A DNA stretch of 64,000 bases, taken from a virus. Lineage: Duplodnaviria; Heunggongvirae; Uroviricota; Caudoviricetes. Shown piece after piece: positions 8,804-17,337 of the stretch. The DNA lies in IMG/VR virus record IMGVR_UViG_3300044824_000100, positions 1 through 64,000 of that record. One strand, 5' to 3'. Below the pieces are notes generated by a model. That model was given only the letters and a program-made list of their open reading frames with translations. It made no database searches and was not told where the DNA came from. Each line of letters begins with the position of its first letter. The stretch's first letter is position 1. Made by a program: the position numbers and the translations under genes.

Positions 8804-9244
8804 TCAAAGTATGTAAACCCTCACTTCAGTGTTTCTAGATTCTTCTTCGATAATCTTAGATATGATGTCCCAGTTGCCACCGGCGAGACCAGCACCAATC
8901 TTTGGGATCGCAAATCCATCTGGCCATGATCGGATCAGATCGCGAATAACTTCCCTAATAGCCTGGTAAGAGACGTAAGGCCCTTCGTCTGGCTTTCCGT
9001 AGCGCTGCTGTGTAGCGCAATTGGCAATCTCTCGCCCTGAACCGTCACCGACCCCAAGTAGTTGTACATGACCGAGGCGCCACCCACAGGTATTATAGCG
9101 ATAGAGGTAGGCATCCCGAACCATTGGGTACTTTTCAGCGATTGCCTTAGCAATGCCAGAGCCGAAGCCTCCAGAGCAATTAACTCCGTGGGCAATTCTT
9201 TTCTCGTCGGAAGCAAAGATGTCTCCTTGTTTATAAACGATCAC
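8804..9244 (-). CDS. macro-domain protein (ADP-ribose / O-acetyl-ADP-ribose binding or hydrolysing)
   Basis: IVYKQGDIF...IAHGVNCSGGFGSGIAKAIAEKYP matches macro-domain N-terminal GD[IL]...VN..N..MG.GIA motif; size 146 aa. Confidence 0.7.
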   Translation of the reverse strand: MIVYKQGDIFASDEKRIAHGVNCSGGFGSGIAKAIAEKYPMVRDAYLYRYNTCGWRLGHVQLLGVGDGSGREIANCATQQRYGKPDEGPYVSYQAIREVIRDLIRSWPDGFAIPKIGAGLAGGNWDIISKIIEEESRNTEVRVYIL

Positions 9245-9453
9245 AAATCTATCTCCCTCTCGTACTCGGCAAATGTCATCAGCACGAAGCTAACACCCGC
9301 CATGAGTACTGCCACGCCCCAACCTTGAAACCCACCACCGATTAACTTGTATATGAGTGATCCAGCTCCAGCTCCCAGTCCAACTCCAACCAGTCTAGAG
9401 AATGAAGACCACATCGCGCGCTTGAACGCGCGCCTGCTAAATCGATGACCCAT
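9241..9453 (-). CDS. small membrane protein
   Basis: Gly-rich TM segments; 4-nt overlap with macro gene. Confidence 0.35.
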   Translation of the reverse strand: MGHRFSRRAFKRAMWSSFSRLVGVGLGAGAGSLIYKLIGGGFQGWGVAVLMAGVSFVLMTFAEYEREIDL

Positions 9454-9591
9454 CGTATTCTTATACTGGATACGTCAATATCAAGTTTAAGAATGATCTA
9501 AGTATGTCCGCAGACATAGCTAACGTATATGGCAATACCATGGTGAAGATCATGCTGATGGCAAAAATTCTCATGTATCCCATGTTACTCC

Positions 9592-9861
9592 CTACTGGGC
9601 TTCACCGCAGCTGCCGGGTGAGAGCTTGAGTTCACTCTCCTTGAATGTTTGAAAGATTGACTCACTCTTGCAAACCACGTTGACATCATAGATATCGTGC
9701 GTCAGGAGTACATCGGCTTGATGTAAGATAGCTTGCACCAGCCCGTGGCATCCCTTGTAGAAGCCACTCTGGATAGAGACGCAATCCTTAAAATGAAACT
9801 TAGGTTCAGTGGCTTGAGCAGGAATGCTCAGCAGTAGCAGAAGAAGCATCAGCTTTTTCAT
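9592..9861 (-). CDS. small secreted protein
   Basis: Signal peptide MKKLMLLLLLLSIPAQA, 5 Cys. Confidence 0.4.
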   Translation of the reverse strand: MKKLMLLLLLLSIPAQATEPKFHFKDCVSIQSGFYKGCHGLVQAILHQADVLLTHDIYDVNVVCKSESIFQTFKESELKLSPGSCGEAQ

Positions 9862-10273
9862 CTGTCTCTCCTAAGAGAATCTTGATGTACTTCTCTTTAT
9901 CTTTAACGTTATCGTCACTCAGGTGTTGCACCGCGGACAGTTTAAGGAGTACGTTTGTAACGCGAGCGTACTCTTCCTTAGACTTCATCATTACGAACCG
10001 GAACGTCTGGCTCTTGCCTTCGTAGTCCGTGTATACCAAGCCGCTCAAACCTACGTGAGCAGTCTCGCGGTCCTCGTCGGTGATCTCGCTGATCTTCTCA
10101 GCGTCTTCCAGGGTATGTCCGTAGGTTCCAACCTTGTACAAGTAGTCCTTATACTTCTCTTTGTTGATGGCCTTCTTCTCGCGGTTGTCCATCTCCTTCA
10201 CCTCTGCGGACAGGGAAGAGAACTCCTTCTGAATCTCGTTCATGCGTGCTCGGATCTCAATTTTGCGACTCAT
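9806..10273 (-). CDS. hypothetical coiled-coil protein
   Basis: 155-aa charged ORF. Confidence 0.4.
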   Translation of the reverse strand: MSRKIEIRARMNEIQKEFSSLSAEVKEMDNREKKAINKEKYKDYLYKVGTYGHTLEDAEKISEITDEDRETAHVGLSGLVYTDYEGKSQTFRFVMMKSKEEYARVTNVLLKLSAVQHLSDDNVKDKEKYIKILLGETDEKADASSATAEHSCSSH

Positions 10274-10518
10274 TTTTTGCCCTTCTTTTTACGGTACTCT
10301 TTACTTTTTGCAATTTCAGTATGCATCTCATACTCACCGACACGCTTCACTTCTGCAAGCAAGAGTGAGGTGAGATATAAACCAGCCCTGGAGAATGCCT
10401 TGTGCGTTTCAGCAAGCTTAGCATTCGCTGCTTCCGCATCTTTGACCCATTTAGACTTCATACCGCGTATCCTCTGTCTCGCTGACGATGAGTGCTGATG
10501 CGGCCTCAGGCGTCTCAC
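10270..10518 (-). CDS. hypothetical protein
   Basis: 82 aa, start/stop overlap with neighbours. Confidence 0.35.
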   Translation of the reverse strand: MRRLRPHQHSSSARQRIRGMKSKWVKDAEAANAKLAETHKAFSRAGLYLTSLLLAEVKRVGEYEMHTEIAKSKEYRKKKGKK

Positions 10519-10804
10519 CTAGCAGGATGTAGTCGATCTGCCTATCGTCGTGCCAGTCTTTAAACTCCTGCTGGATAGAACCTTGGATGTATGATAGGTT
10601 GCCATCTTTTGAGACCATGTACAGGTTCACTGTCTTCTTCTCTAAGATAGCTTTGATCTTGCCGAACGATGTAGCACCGGAAGAGGTCCCGCGAGTCCAT
10701 TCAGGCGCCCACCAATATGGGACTCCGCGCTTACTGAGATGATCTGGGTCTCTCAGCGGACGTTGAACTGCTGGTGCTTTCTTTGAAGGGGTTTTCTTCT
10801 TCAT
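10451..10804 (-). CDS. hypothetical protein
   Basis: 117 aa; promoter-like ATCCTGATCGTATAAT motif 9 nt upstream of ATG. Confidence 0.4.
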   Translation of the reverse strand: MKKKTPSKKAPAVQRPLRDPDHLSKRGVPYWWAPEWTRGTSSGATSFGKIKAILEKKTVNLYMVSKDGNLSYIQGSIQQEFKDWHDDRQIDYILLGETPEAASALIVSETEDTRYEV

Positions 10805-10812
10805 CGTGATGA

Positions 10813-10828
10813 ATTATACGATCAGGAT
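10813..10828 (-). promoter_or_regulatory. promoter-like motif ATCCTGATCGTATAAT (minus strand)
   Basis: Exact copy of motif that recurs at 14867-14882 and in degenerate form upstream of many minus-strand genes; contains TATAAT -10 hexamer. Confidence 0.5.
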
Positions 10829-11077
10829 TTACGCTTCACTAGGTCCAGCTTGAATAAGAGCCAAATCAGCTGATCTTTTGCAAGCGTGTCGTGCTCAGCA
10901 AATAGGGTTGCAAAGCAGAGCTCACAACCTATGTTGGAGTAGCCGCACATGTTGCATCCCATGCCAATGAGGCGAGAGCGCGGCTGATATAACGATCGTA
11001 GCTTAGACCGAGCGCTACTAGAAGTAACACTAATCTCACTCTTGCTTGATGGTCGGTTTGAAATCGCATGATGAAGT

Positions 11078-11151
11078 TGGTTGCAGGGCCGAGAGTTGAA
11101 CTCGGATCTCAAGGTTATGAGCCTCGCATGGAACCTTTCCACTACCCTGCG
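11078..11151 (-). tRNA. tRNA-Met (anticodon CAT)
   Basis: Minus strand cloverleaf: acceptor CGCAGGG/CCCTGCA (C1-A72 mismatch), D-stem GTGG/CCAT, anticodon arm CGAGG-CTCATAA-CCTTG, T-arm CCGAG-TTCAACT-CTCGG, discriminator A, encoded CCA. CAU could also be lysidine-modified Ile2. Confidence 0.7.
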
Positions 11152-11666
11152 AGATTAATTATACCATTATCTAATTCTTTATGGTGATTTGGGCACAAAT
11201 AAGCCAAATTGCTCATGCAGTTAACTTCACCCAGCAATGTATCATCGGGAAAGGAAGCGATTCCCTTTATGTGAGCCAGTTCTAAGTAAGTATCGTATCC
11301 ACAAACCTTGCAGCAATATGGCATACCAAATGCTTTAAACTTTCTTTTAGCATGTTGCCTTACTTTTACAAAAGCTGATTGAGGGGTATCAATCTTAAGC
11401 TCTTTAAGAGTTTTTGTTTCATAATCAGTTATTCGTTCCCTTTGAAGACAGCTGAAACAACTTTTAGATCGATAGGTTTTCTTATCTCCGCATAAACAGA
11501 GAAAGTCGACGTCAGTAAGGGTTTTAGGTCTTTTAAAGGATTTAGTACGTTTTCGTGGGAACAAGATATTGTTATGCTTAGTCGCACAACTCCTATTACA
11601 GTACTTTCGTTTTATGTCTGTAGTTTCAAGGGCTTGCTTACAATGAAAGCAAAATCGATTATTCAT
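11142..11666 (-). CDS. HNH endonuclease
   Basis: N-terminal CxxC zinc fingers, C-terminal CKVCGY...ELAHI...NL..LCPNHHKELD HNH motif; start moved to MNNRFCFHC Met, which has GGTATAATATAACC immediately upstream. Confidence 0.7.
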   Translation of the reverse strand: MNNRFCFHCKQALETTDIKRKYCNRSCATKHNNILFPRKRTKSFKRPKTLTDVDFLCLCGDKKTYRSKSCFSCLQRERITDYETKTLKELKIDTPQSAFVKVRQHAKRKFKAFGMPYCCKVCGYDTYLELAHIKGIASFPDDTLLGEVNCMSNLAYLCPNHHKELDNGIINLAG

Positions 11667-11810
11667 GGTTATATTATACCATGAGCCGCCGTTGCTCGAT
11701 CCTTGCGATATAAACTTGTGACGAGACGCCAAGGACAACCTTGGTTGGCGCGCATGCCTGCACTTAGCCACCCGCCTCAATTAGCGGACAGTCCCGTATG
11801 CATGTCCTTA

Positions 11811-12179
11811 TTATACCAGCGTCTTGACAAAAGCCACGAGGTCCTCAGGGAGGATGTCCATATTGATGGAGTTCAGGGCGTTTGACTGCTTAGATTGTAC
11901 CACGGCTGGTCCAACCCCGTAAATCTGATTTCCGTTCAGTTCTTTAGCCTTCTTGAGATGGTTCATCACCATCGAGCGGGCATACGAGAAGACATCGCTG
12001 CCGTTAGTGCGATCCTTCCCGTACTCTATAGTTCCCGTGTAGATGCCTTGCCCGATATCGTGCTTAAGACTCTCCAGTTGGACGCTCGTCAGCATCACTA
12101 GTGCTATGTCCTTGTAAAGATTGAAGTTTGGCAGCATCCCTACCACCGCTTCCACTACTGCTTGCTTCTGACCCTTCAC
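11811..12179 (-). CDS. hypothetical protein
   Basis: 122-aa ORF; overlaps upstream ORF by 116 nt in another frame. Confidence 0.3.
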   Translation of the reverse strand: MKGQKQAVVEAVVGMLPNFNLYKDIALVMLTSVQLESLKHDIGQGIYTGTIEYGKDRTNGSDVFSYARSMVMNHLKKAKELNGNQIYGVGPAVVQSKQSNALNSINMDILPEDLVAFVKTLV

Positions 12180-12423
12180 CGAAAACTCCTTTCAAATCTT
12201 TAACGTTAGTATGCCTGACAACGTGTGCTGTCTTAATCGAACTTCTGAACGGACTCTTTATCCATTCACTGTCTGCGGGCTTGCACCACACCGCAGTGAT
12301 ATTTAGAATCAGGTCTGGGGTTCCACCGGGTGGATATCCAGCATCGCAGTGGGTTATGTCGACTTCTACGCCATCTAAGCTTTTAACTATCATTGAGGAT
12401 CGATGCCAACTTTCTTGCGCCAT
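12064..12423 (-). CDS. hypothetical protein (possible frameshift partner of 11811..12179)
   Basis: 119-aa ORF whose C-terminal 30 aa are low complexity. Confidence 0.25.
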   Translation of the reverse strand: MAQESWHRSSMIVKSLDGVEVDITHCDAGYPPGGTPDLILNITAVWCKPADSEWIKSPFRSSIKTAHVVRHTNVKDLKGVFGEGSEASSSGSGGRDAAKLQSLQGHSTSDADERPTGES

Positions 12424-12525
12424 CGCCCGATCCCGTTATTGCGGGTGTCCCACCTCATGACATTGAGACACGACAGCAGCCACGACAGTCTTCCGTACGC
12501 ATTCAGCTTACGCGACAGTGTATAC

Positions 12526-12822
12526 TCAGAATCCATACGAGAATTCTTTACTCATGCGATCGGTGACTATGGTGATCTTGATGCGTTCCACTGGTAGGAC
12601 TTCCCAAGAATACTCTAGAAGCTGAAGCTTCTGCGCGCTAGATAGTTCTGCTAGCTTAGTATGGATTACCTTAGCAACATCGGCAGATGATCTGATTGCT
12701 CTGCCTTCCTCCCTCGAGAGAAGGTTTTCCGACTGTAGAAACTCCAGCATCTCGTCATGGCAAGCTACAAGCTCATCGAGACGCTGAAGGCACTGTATCT
12801 GTTTACTTGCTCTGTTGCTCAT
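12526..12822 (-). CDS. hypothetical protein
   Basis: 98-aa ORF. Confidence 0.4.
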   Translation of the reverse strand: MSNRASKQIQCLQRLDELVACHDEMLEFLQSENLLSREEGRAIRSSADVAKVIHTKLAELSSAQKLQLLEYSWEVLPVERIKITIVTDRMSKEFSYGF

Positions 12823-12993
12823 CTTCCATCCTTATGCTTACGGATATCCAGCTTGACGCCCAAGCCTTCGCGGTTAACATCGCGTCGTCGGGTGATGAGC
12901 ATCTATGCATGACGTACAGCGAGTATCCCTTATCAGAGTATATAGTATACTCCGATGGACCTGTCTTACGCAGGATCAAGTTCTTGTCGCACA

Positions 12994-13554
12994 TCAGAGT
13001 GATTCTAGCTTCTTTACTACTTCGATGCCGGCCATATTGTCACCGCGAGCGGTATGCCAATCGACCTTGATGCCAAAGTATTCCCCTAAGCCCGACAAAG
13101 AGTCTGGCGCATCTAGCGGCAGCTTGCCCTTGCGCTTCAAGTAGATAACCAATCCTGTGATGTCGTAGAGTCTGTACGACGTGAACACACTCCATGTCTT
13201 CTTGCCTAGGATGGTGTTATTAATCTTAATGACGTCGAAGCCTACGTTCTTACCGACAGGAACGAGCTTGATCTTGCCGTTTTGGCTATACTTCCAAAGA
13301 AAGTTTCTAAGTTCCTGCCCAGCATCACTGTAGGTCTTAGCAACCTTGTCGTGCTCGATGAGGTTGATCTTATTCACTGTAAGAGCTTCAGCTGCTACGT
13401 TATACTGCCCGTCGTTTGGCTTCGTAGCTAGTCCTAGCTCATCGATGACGTTGAAGTCAGAGTCGCACACGGCGAAGTGAGCAGTAAGTAGAGAGGACTC
13501 TTCGGTGAGACCACCAGTCTCCGTGTCAAATGGCAAGTATAAGGTGTCGATCAT
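12994..13554 (-). CDS. DEDDh 3'-5' exonuclease (DnaQ/RNase T-like)
   Basis: Exo I LYLPFDTETGGL, Exo II VGKNVGFDV, Exo III DWHTARGDNMAGIEV. Confidence 0.8.
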   Translation of the reverse strand: MIDTLYLPFDTETGGLTEESSLLTAHFAVCDSDFNVIDELGLATKPNDGQYNVAAEALTVNKINLIEHDKVAKTYSDAGQELRNFLWKYSQNGKIKLVPVGKNVGFDVIKINNTILGKKTWSVFTSYRLYDITGLVIYLKRKGKLPLDAPDSLSGLGEYFGIKVDWHTARGDNMAGIEVVKKLESL

Positions 13555-13702
13555 TTGAGAATACCTGTCCTGAATAGGATTTGACCTAGTACGAGCGAAA
13601 ACGCAATTCCTTGCAGAGCGCTAAATGGAGTCCCATGGAACACAGTGAGATTTAGGACCGCGCCCAATGCAACACCACTCAAATAACTCTTGCTCTTAAA
13701 GA

Positions 13703-14848
13703 CTAACATGCAAACCTCTCGCCGGTAGGGAAGATAGGAATTCCGTAGGCACTGATATATTGATACTTCACCGTCAGTATTTTACCCTTCCACGTAGAGT
13801 GATCGTTGAGGAAGGTTACCAGCCTCTCTCTTGGACCTCGCATCTTAACGTCGAAGGCACACTTCTTGCAGACGCATGGAGCAGGATGCTCCGCTGTTGC
13901 CACCCTGCACTGGAATATGCCGCAGCCAGCATTCGTTCCGCGACCTTCCTTGATGGAAGTGATTGGCCATTCCGCATCTTGGAATTCCTTGATCTTTTGC
14001 AGGTGATAGGAACGCTTGCCTTCGTATAGGCTGTTAGCGTTTCTAGCCATACCGCCCTCGTAACCCAGTAGTAGGTAGTTCTCGAACGCGGCCAGCATTT
14101 CGTCTTCACTGCTAACAAGAACGGTATCTACGAACCTGACGTAGTTTAAGGTAGCTGTTCCTTTTTCGTAGGAGTGGAGGTCTCCGTACAAGCTGACTGT
14201 TCTGGCTCCAAATTCACCGACCATTCTTTTGTCATAGACGTGGTATTCAACCACTTCGTGTCCTGGCTTTGGCACTTCTTGTCTAATAAAGGAAGCAAGC
14301 TCTTCGAAGCGGTCCTTATAACTATGGTTGTACAATTCACCATCCAGCTCGTGACTACCTGTGGGATAGACATCTTCAAGCTCCTTCACAATGTGAGGCA
14401 TACTGGTAATGGGCTTTCTCGTTCTAGACCATAGGGTGCACTCACCATCTACTATGATTGCTAGACACCTGTGTCCGTTAAGCTTTGGTTGTATGTAGGC
14501 TGGATACTTGATCTTATGGCCATGGTCTGCGAACTTGTGGGCGAGCATGCAGTCGTACCCGCCATCTATATCTTTTTCGCCAGCCAGCGCCCGCGAGGCG
14601 TCTTCGACATATCCTTTTTTAATCTTTCCTTCCCACTTGGAAGTAGCTTCAGCAAGAGCTTGATCAGCTGGGCTCGTCTCGTTTGATCGTCCAACATTTT
14701 TTCCCACGCTGATAGTATCTGATGTACGCTGCTTTTTGCCATCTGTTTGCCCGTGGACGGTAATGATGGTGGATTTATCGACCCCAATGGTCCACTCTTG
14801 AATTTTGCCGGAACTGGTCCGCTTATATAGCGTAGGTAAAGTTTTCAC
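13703..14848 (-). CDS. lig: ATP-dependent DNA ligase
   Basis: Motif I KLNGHRC, III LDGELY, IV GYEGGMARN, V LQKIK; GTG start with GAGGA SD. Confidence 0.9.
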   Translation of the reverse strand: MKTLPTLYKRTSSGKIQEWTIGVDKSTIITVHGQTDGKKQRTSDTISVGKNVGRSNETSPADQALAEATSKWEGKIKKGYVEDASRALAGEKDIDGGYDCMLAHKFADHGHKIKYPAYIQPKLNGHRCLAIIVDGECTLWSRTRKPITSMPHIVKELEDVYPTGSHELDGELYNHSYKDRFEELASFIRQEVPKPGHEVVEYHVYDKRMVGEFGARTVSLYGDLHSYEKGTATLNYVRFVDTVLVSSEDEMLAAFENYLLLGYEGGMARNANSLYEGKRSYHLQKIKEFQDAEWPITSIKEGRGTNAGCGIFQCRVATAEHPAPCVCKKCAFDVKMRGPRERLVTFLNDHSTWKGKILTVKYQYISAYGIPIFPTGERFAC

Positions 14849-14866
14849 GTGTAATCCTCTGCAGGA

Positions 14867-14882
14867 TTATACGATCAGGATA
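14867..14882 (-). promoter_or_regulatory. promoter-like motif ATCCTGATCGTATAAT upstream of ligase gene
   Basis: Exact 16-mer shared with 10813-10828; -10 TATAAT 18 nt upstream of GTG start. Confidence 0.5.
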
Positions 14883-15740
14883 TTAGTCTGCGATGTGAAA
14901 GTTGGCTAGGATGCCTATGGTAGGACTATAGGCAGTTCCACCGTCTTCTTCAGCTGGATACATGGCGGTATTCAAACCTAAGACGTGACCTGCCTTATCA
15001 AACACAGGTCCACCGCTCATGCCAGGGAATAGCATCCCTCCAACGGCGCATTTAACTAGGAACGCATCGTTCATCACTGGGACTAGCACCTGACAGTTTA
15101 AGGTCTTTGAACCCTGTGGGTAGCCGCACGCAAGGACTTGTGCCTGAGGTTCGAAACCTGATTCCCATACCTCAGCAGCTGGAATATCACTGAAGTCGCT
15201 CTCGAGTAGACCCCAATCCATTCTTAGATTTACGCCGACCGGTTTAGAAGTGAGTCTGATCGTGCCGTCGTCGTTCTCCACGATGACTCTCTGCCTCTTC
15301 ATAACGCCGTTCTCGTCTACAAGGCAATGGGCTGCAGTCAAAACGTAGTTTGCACCGATGACAACGCCTGAGCAGAAGAAACCCTCGTCATTATACAGTC
15401 TCACCACCGAGCGATTCCAGTCGTATTTCTTTGCTGGGAGCAGCTTAGGAAGGTTTTTCTCTACTTGTATGCTAGAAACACCTTGTCTGGGGAGATTGCG
15501 GAGCAGCATGGTGAATAGGACACCGCACATGAGTAGCACCGCTGTCGTTTTTAGTGCAGCGAAAGTGAATCTATGAGCCATACTAATACACGCTAGTATG
15601 AATCTTGGGAGGACTTTTAGACCGGCTAGTGCCAACCCAGGAACTCTCTTAAGAGCAATCCAAGTTATCGTTGGTAACGCTTTCAAACGTAGATAGACCA
15701 ACGCGGGGACTGCCTTGAGAAGAGAGATTAGCTTTCGCAT
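14883..15740 (-). CDS. trypsin-like (S1) serine protease, membrane-anchored
   Basis: Catalytic His LTAAHC, Ser GMSGGPV, hydrophobic N-terminal segments. Confidence 0.8.
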   Translation of the reverse strand: MRKLISLLKAVPALVYLRLKALPTITWIALKRVPGLALAGLKVLPRFILACISMAHRFTFAALKTTAVLLMCGVLFTMLLRNLPRQGVSSIQVEKNLPKLLPAKKYDWNRSVVRLYNDEGFFCSGVVIGANYVLTAAHCLVDENGVMKRQRVIVENDDGTIRLTSKPVGVNLRMDWGLLESDFSDIPAAEVWESGFEPQAQVLACGYPQGSKTLNCQVLVPVMNDAFLVKCAVGGMLFPGMSGGPVFDKAGHVLGLNTAMYPAEEDGGTAYSPTIGILANFHIAD

Positions 15741-15790
15741 GAGGAACCTTTCGTGTGTTCCTCTAATTTTACCCCGAAACGCGTAAGATC

Positions 15791-16534
15791 TTATTTATGG
15801 AGGGTTTCTAGCACGAGTTTGCCCGTTGCTACGGCTGTTGCTTGCGACGTCCCTGTCATTCGACCTCTTCTACCGCCAGGCAAGGTCGATTCAACGTTGG
15901 TGCCAATTTCCCACCGAGTGACACGCCTTCCATAGTTGGAACTAGGACTGCGATCTTTATCGTGTCTCTCGTCAGTGTTTGGTAACTCTATGCTACCACT
16001 GACGGAATCTAAGTTGCCCACGCTTACGATCTTGGTGTCGTAACACGCAGGATAGTAGTCACACTCTTTATCGAGATCTGACTTCTCGTTGCCGGCAGCT
16101 ACAACTAGAGTGATGTGCTTAGTTAGCGCTTCCTTTATAACACCGTATTCACTCTCGCTGAACTCTGGTCCGCCACCGCTGATATTGATAAAGTTAACGT
16201 CAATGTTTACCGCATACTGCATGGCTTTCACCAAGTTGCGTAGATTCTCCTGTCCGGAGACCGTCTCGTCGTAGTATTTGATTGCCACAAGACAGTAGTC
16301 GCCGTCGCCTGCGTTAGACGCGATAAGCCCAGACACGTGCGTGCCATGGCCGTTCTCGTCTATGAGGGGATTTGGGTATCGTCTAGCGAATGACTTATGA
16401 CCGAACTTACAAAGGTGACTTACAGAGGGATCTATACCCGTATCGATAACAGCAATGGTGACAGTTTTAGCGCTCGCCGTCCTCATCGAGGCTATCATTA
16501 TCAGAGTTGTCAAAAACACCGTCGTCTTTTTCAT
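15791..16534 (-). CDS. subtilisin-like (S8) serine protease, secreted
   Basis: Signal peptide; catalytic Asp VIDTGI, His HGTHVSG, Ser GTSQATA. Confidence 0.85.
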   Translation of the reverse strand: MKKTTVFLTTLIMIASMRTASAKTVTIAVIDTGIDPSVSHLCKFGHKSFARRYPNPLIDENGHGTHVSGLIASNAGDGDYCLVAIKYYDETVSGQENLRNLVKAMQYAVNIDVNFINISGGGPEFSESEYGVIKEALTKHITLVVAAGNEKSDLDKECDYYPACYDTKIVSVGNLDSVSGSIELPNTDERHDKDRSPSSNYGRRVTRWEIGTNVESTLPGGRRGRMTGTSQATAVATGKLVLETLHK

Positions 16535-16617
16535 ATGATCCTCTAATAGGATATATGATCGGGATCAGTGTTTCCATGGGAGCGTACTTGCGGTTCTTGT
16601 GGCGGATCCTGTCGTCC

Positions 16618-16911
16618 TCAGTCATTCCCATGCTTCTTCTTCTTTCTGGGGTAGAAGTTTCCACTCACCAGTGAGTCAGCTTCATACTCAGTATAGGTCG
16701 CATAGTTGGCATCAACTACCGGACCTGGCGGTTCTACATACTCAGCCGACGACGCCTCGAGTAACCTGTTGATCTCGTCTTGGTCTAGCACATACACCAG
16801 CACAATCTTGTACTTAGGTTTAGGTTGCTCTTCAAGCTCTTCTGATTCAAAAGGAGGTTCGTATTCTGGCAGCTCTCTGGACTTAGTCTTACGTTTGTTC
16901 TTCTTTGGCAA
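16618..16911 (-). CDS. hypothetical acidic protein
   Basis: 97 aa. Confidence 0.35.
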   Translation of the reverse strand: MPKKNKRKTKSRELPEYEPPFESEELEEQPKPKYKIVLVYVLDQDEINRLLEASSAEYVEPPGPVVDANYATYTEYEADSLVSGNFYPRKKKKHGND

Positions 16912-16965
16912 AGAAGTCTCCTTTAGGTTAATTGTATCACCCGTTTGGGGTGAGCGAACCTAAAG

Positions 16966-17328
16966 TTACTTCTTGTCTTCCTCAGTAGTCAAAGCTCCAT
17001 CCAAGGCGCTATCGAAGCCCATATCGTAAGTGACGTTGCGGCATTCTTCAACGATCTCGGTGAACATCTCATCCTTGAAGGCTTCATGGTCAGTGTAACC
17101 AATAGCCTTACAGACCTGATGCTTCACTTCCTGCTGATTGACGAAGGAAGGATTCTTAGCGAACGCAGCAAACGCGTCCTTCAATTCCTGAGGCATAGGA
17201 ACCTCAAAGTGAGTCCAAAAATCAGCAGCGCCGCTGCAATCCTCTGGGGTAATTGCTACGGTCTTAGAGACTTCCTGCAACGGATTGCTATCAACTTCTT
17301 TGCCTTCAACATCGGTATTAGACATCAT
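16966..17328 (-). CDS. hypothetical protein
   Basis: 120 aa acidic. Confidence 0.4.
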   Translation of the reverse strand: MMSNTDVEGKEVDSNPLQEVSKTVAITPEDCSGAADFWTHFEVPMPQELKDAFAAFAKNPSFVNQQEVKHQVCKAIGYTDHEAFKDEMFTEIVEECRNVTYDMGFDSALDGALTTEEDKK

Positions 17329-17337
17329 GATCTCCTG

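Noticed and set aside
10930-11010. Second tRNA candidate (GTAGCGC...GCGGCTACTCCA) downstream of tRNA-Met
   Set aside because: Acceptor pairs only 5 of 7. The candidate T-arm lacks TTC and has an 8-nt loop. No convincing cloverleaf.
10822-11142. 106-aa minus ORF
   Set aside because: Overlaps the tRNA-Met gene (11078..11151) and contains no motif. Region more likely tRNA plus intergenic.
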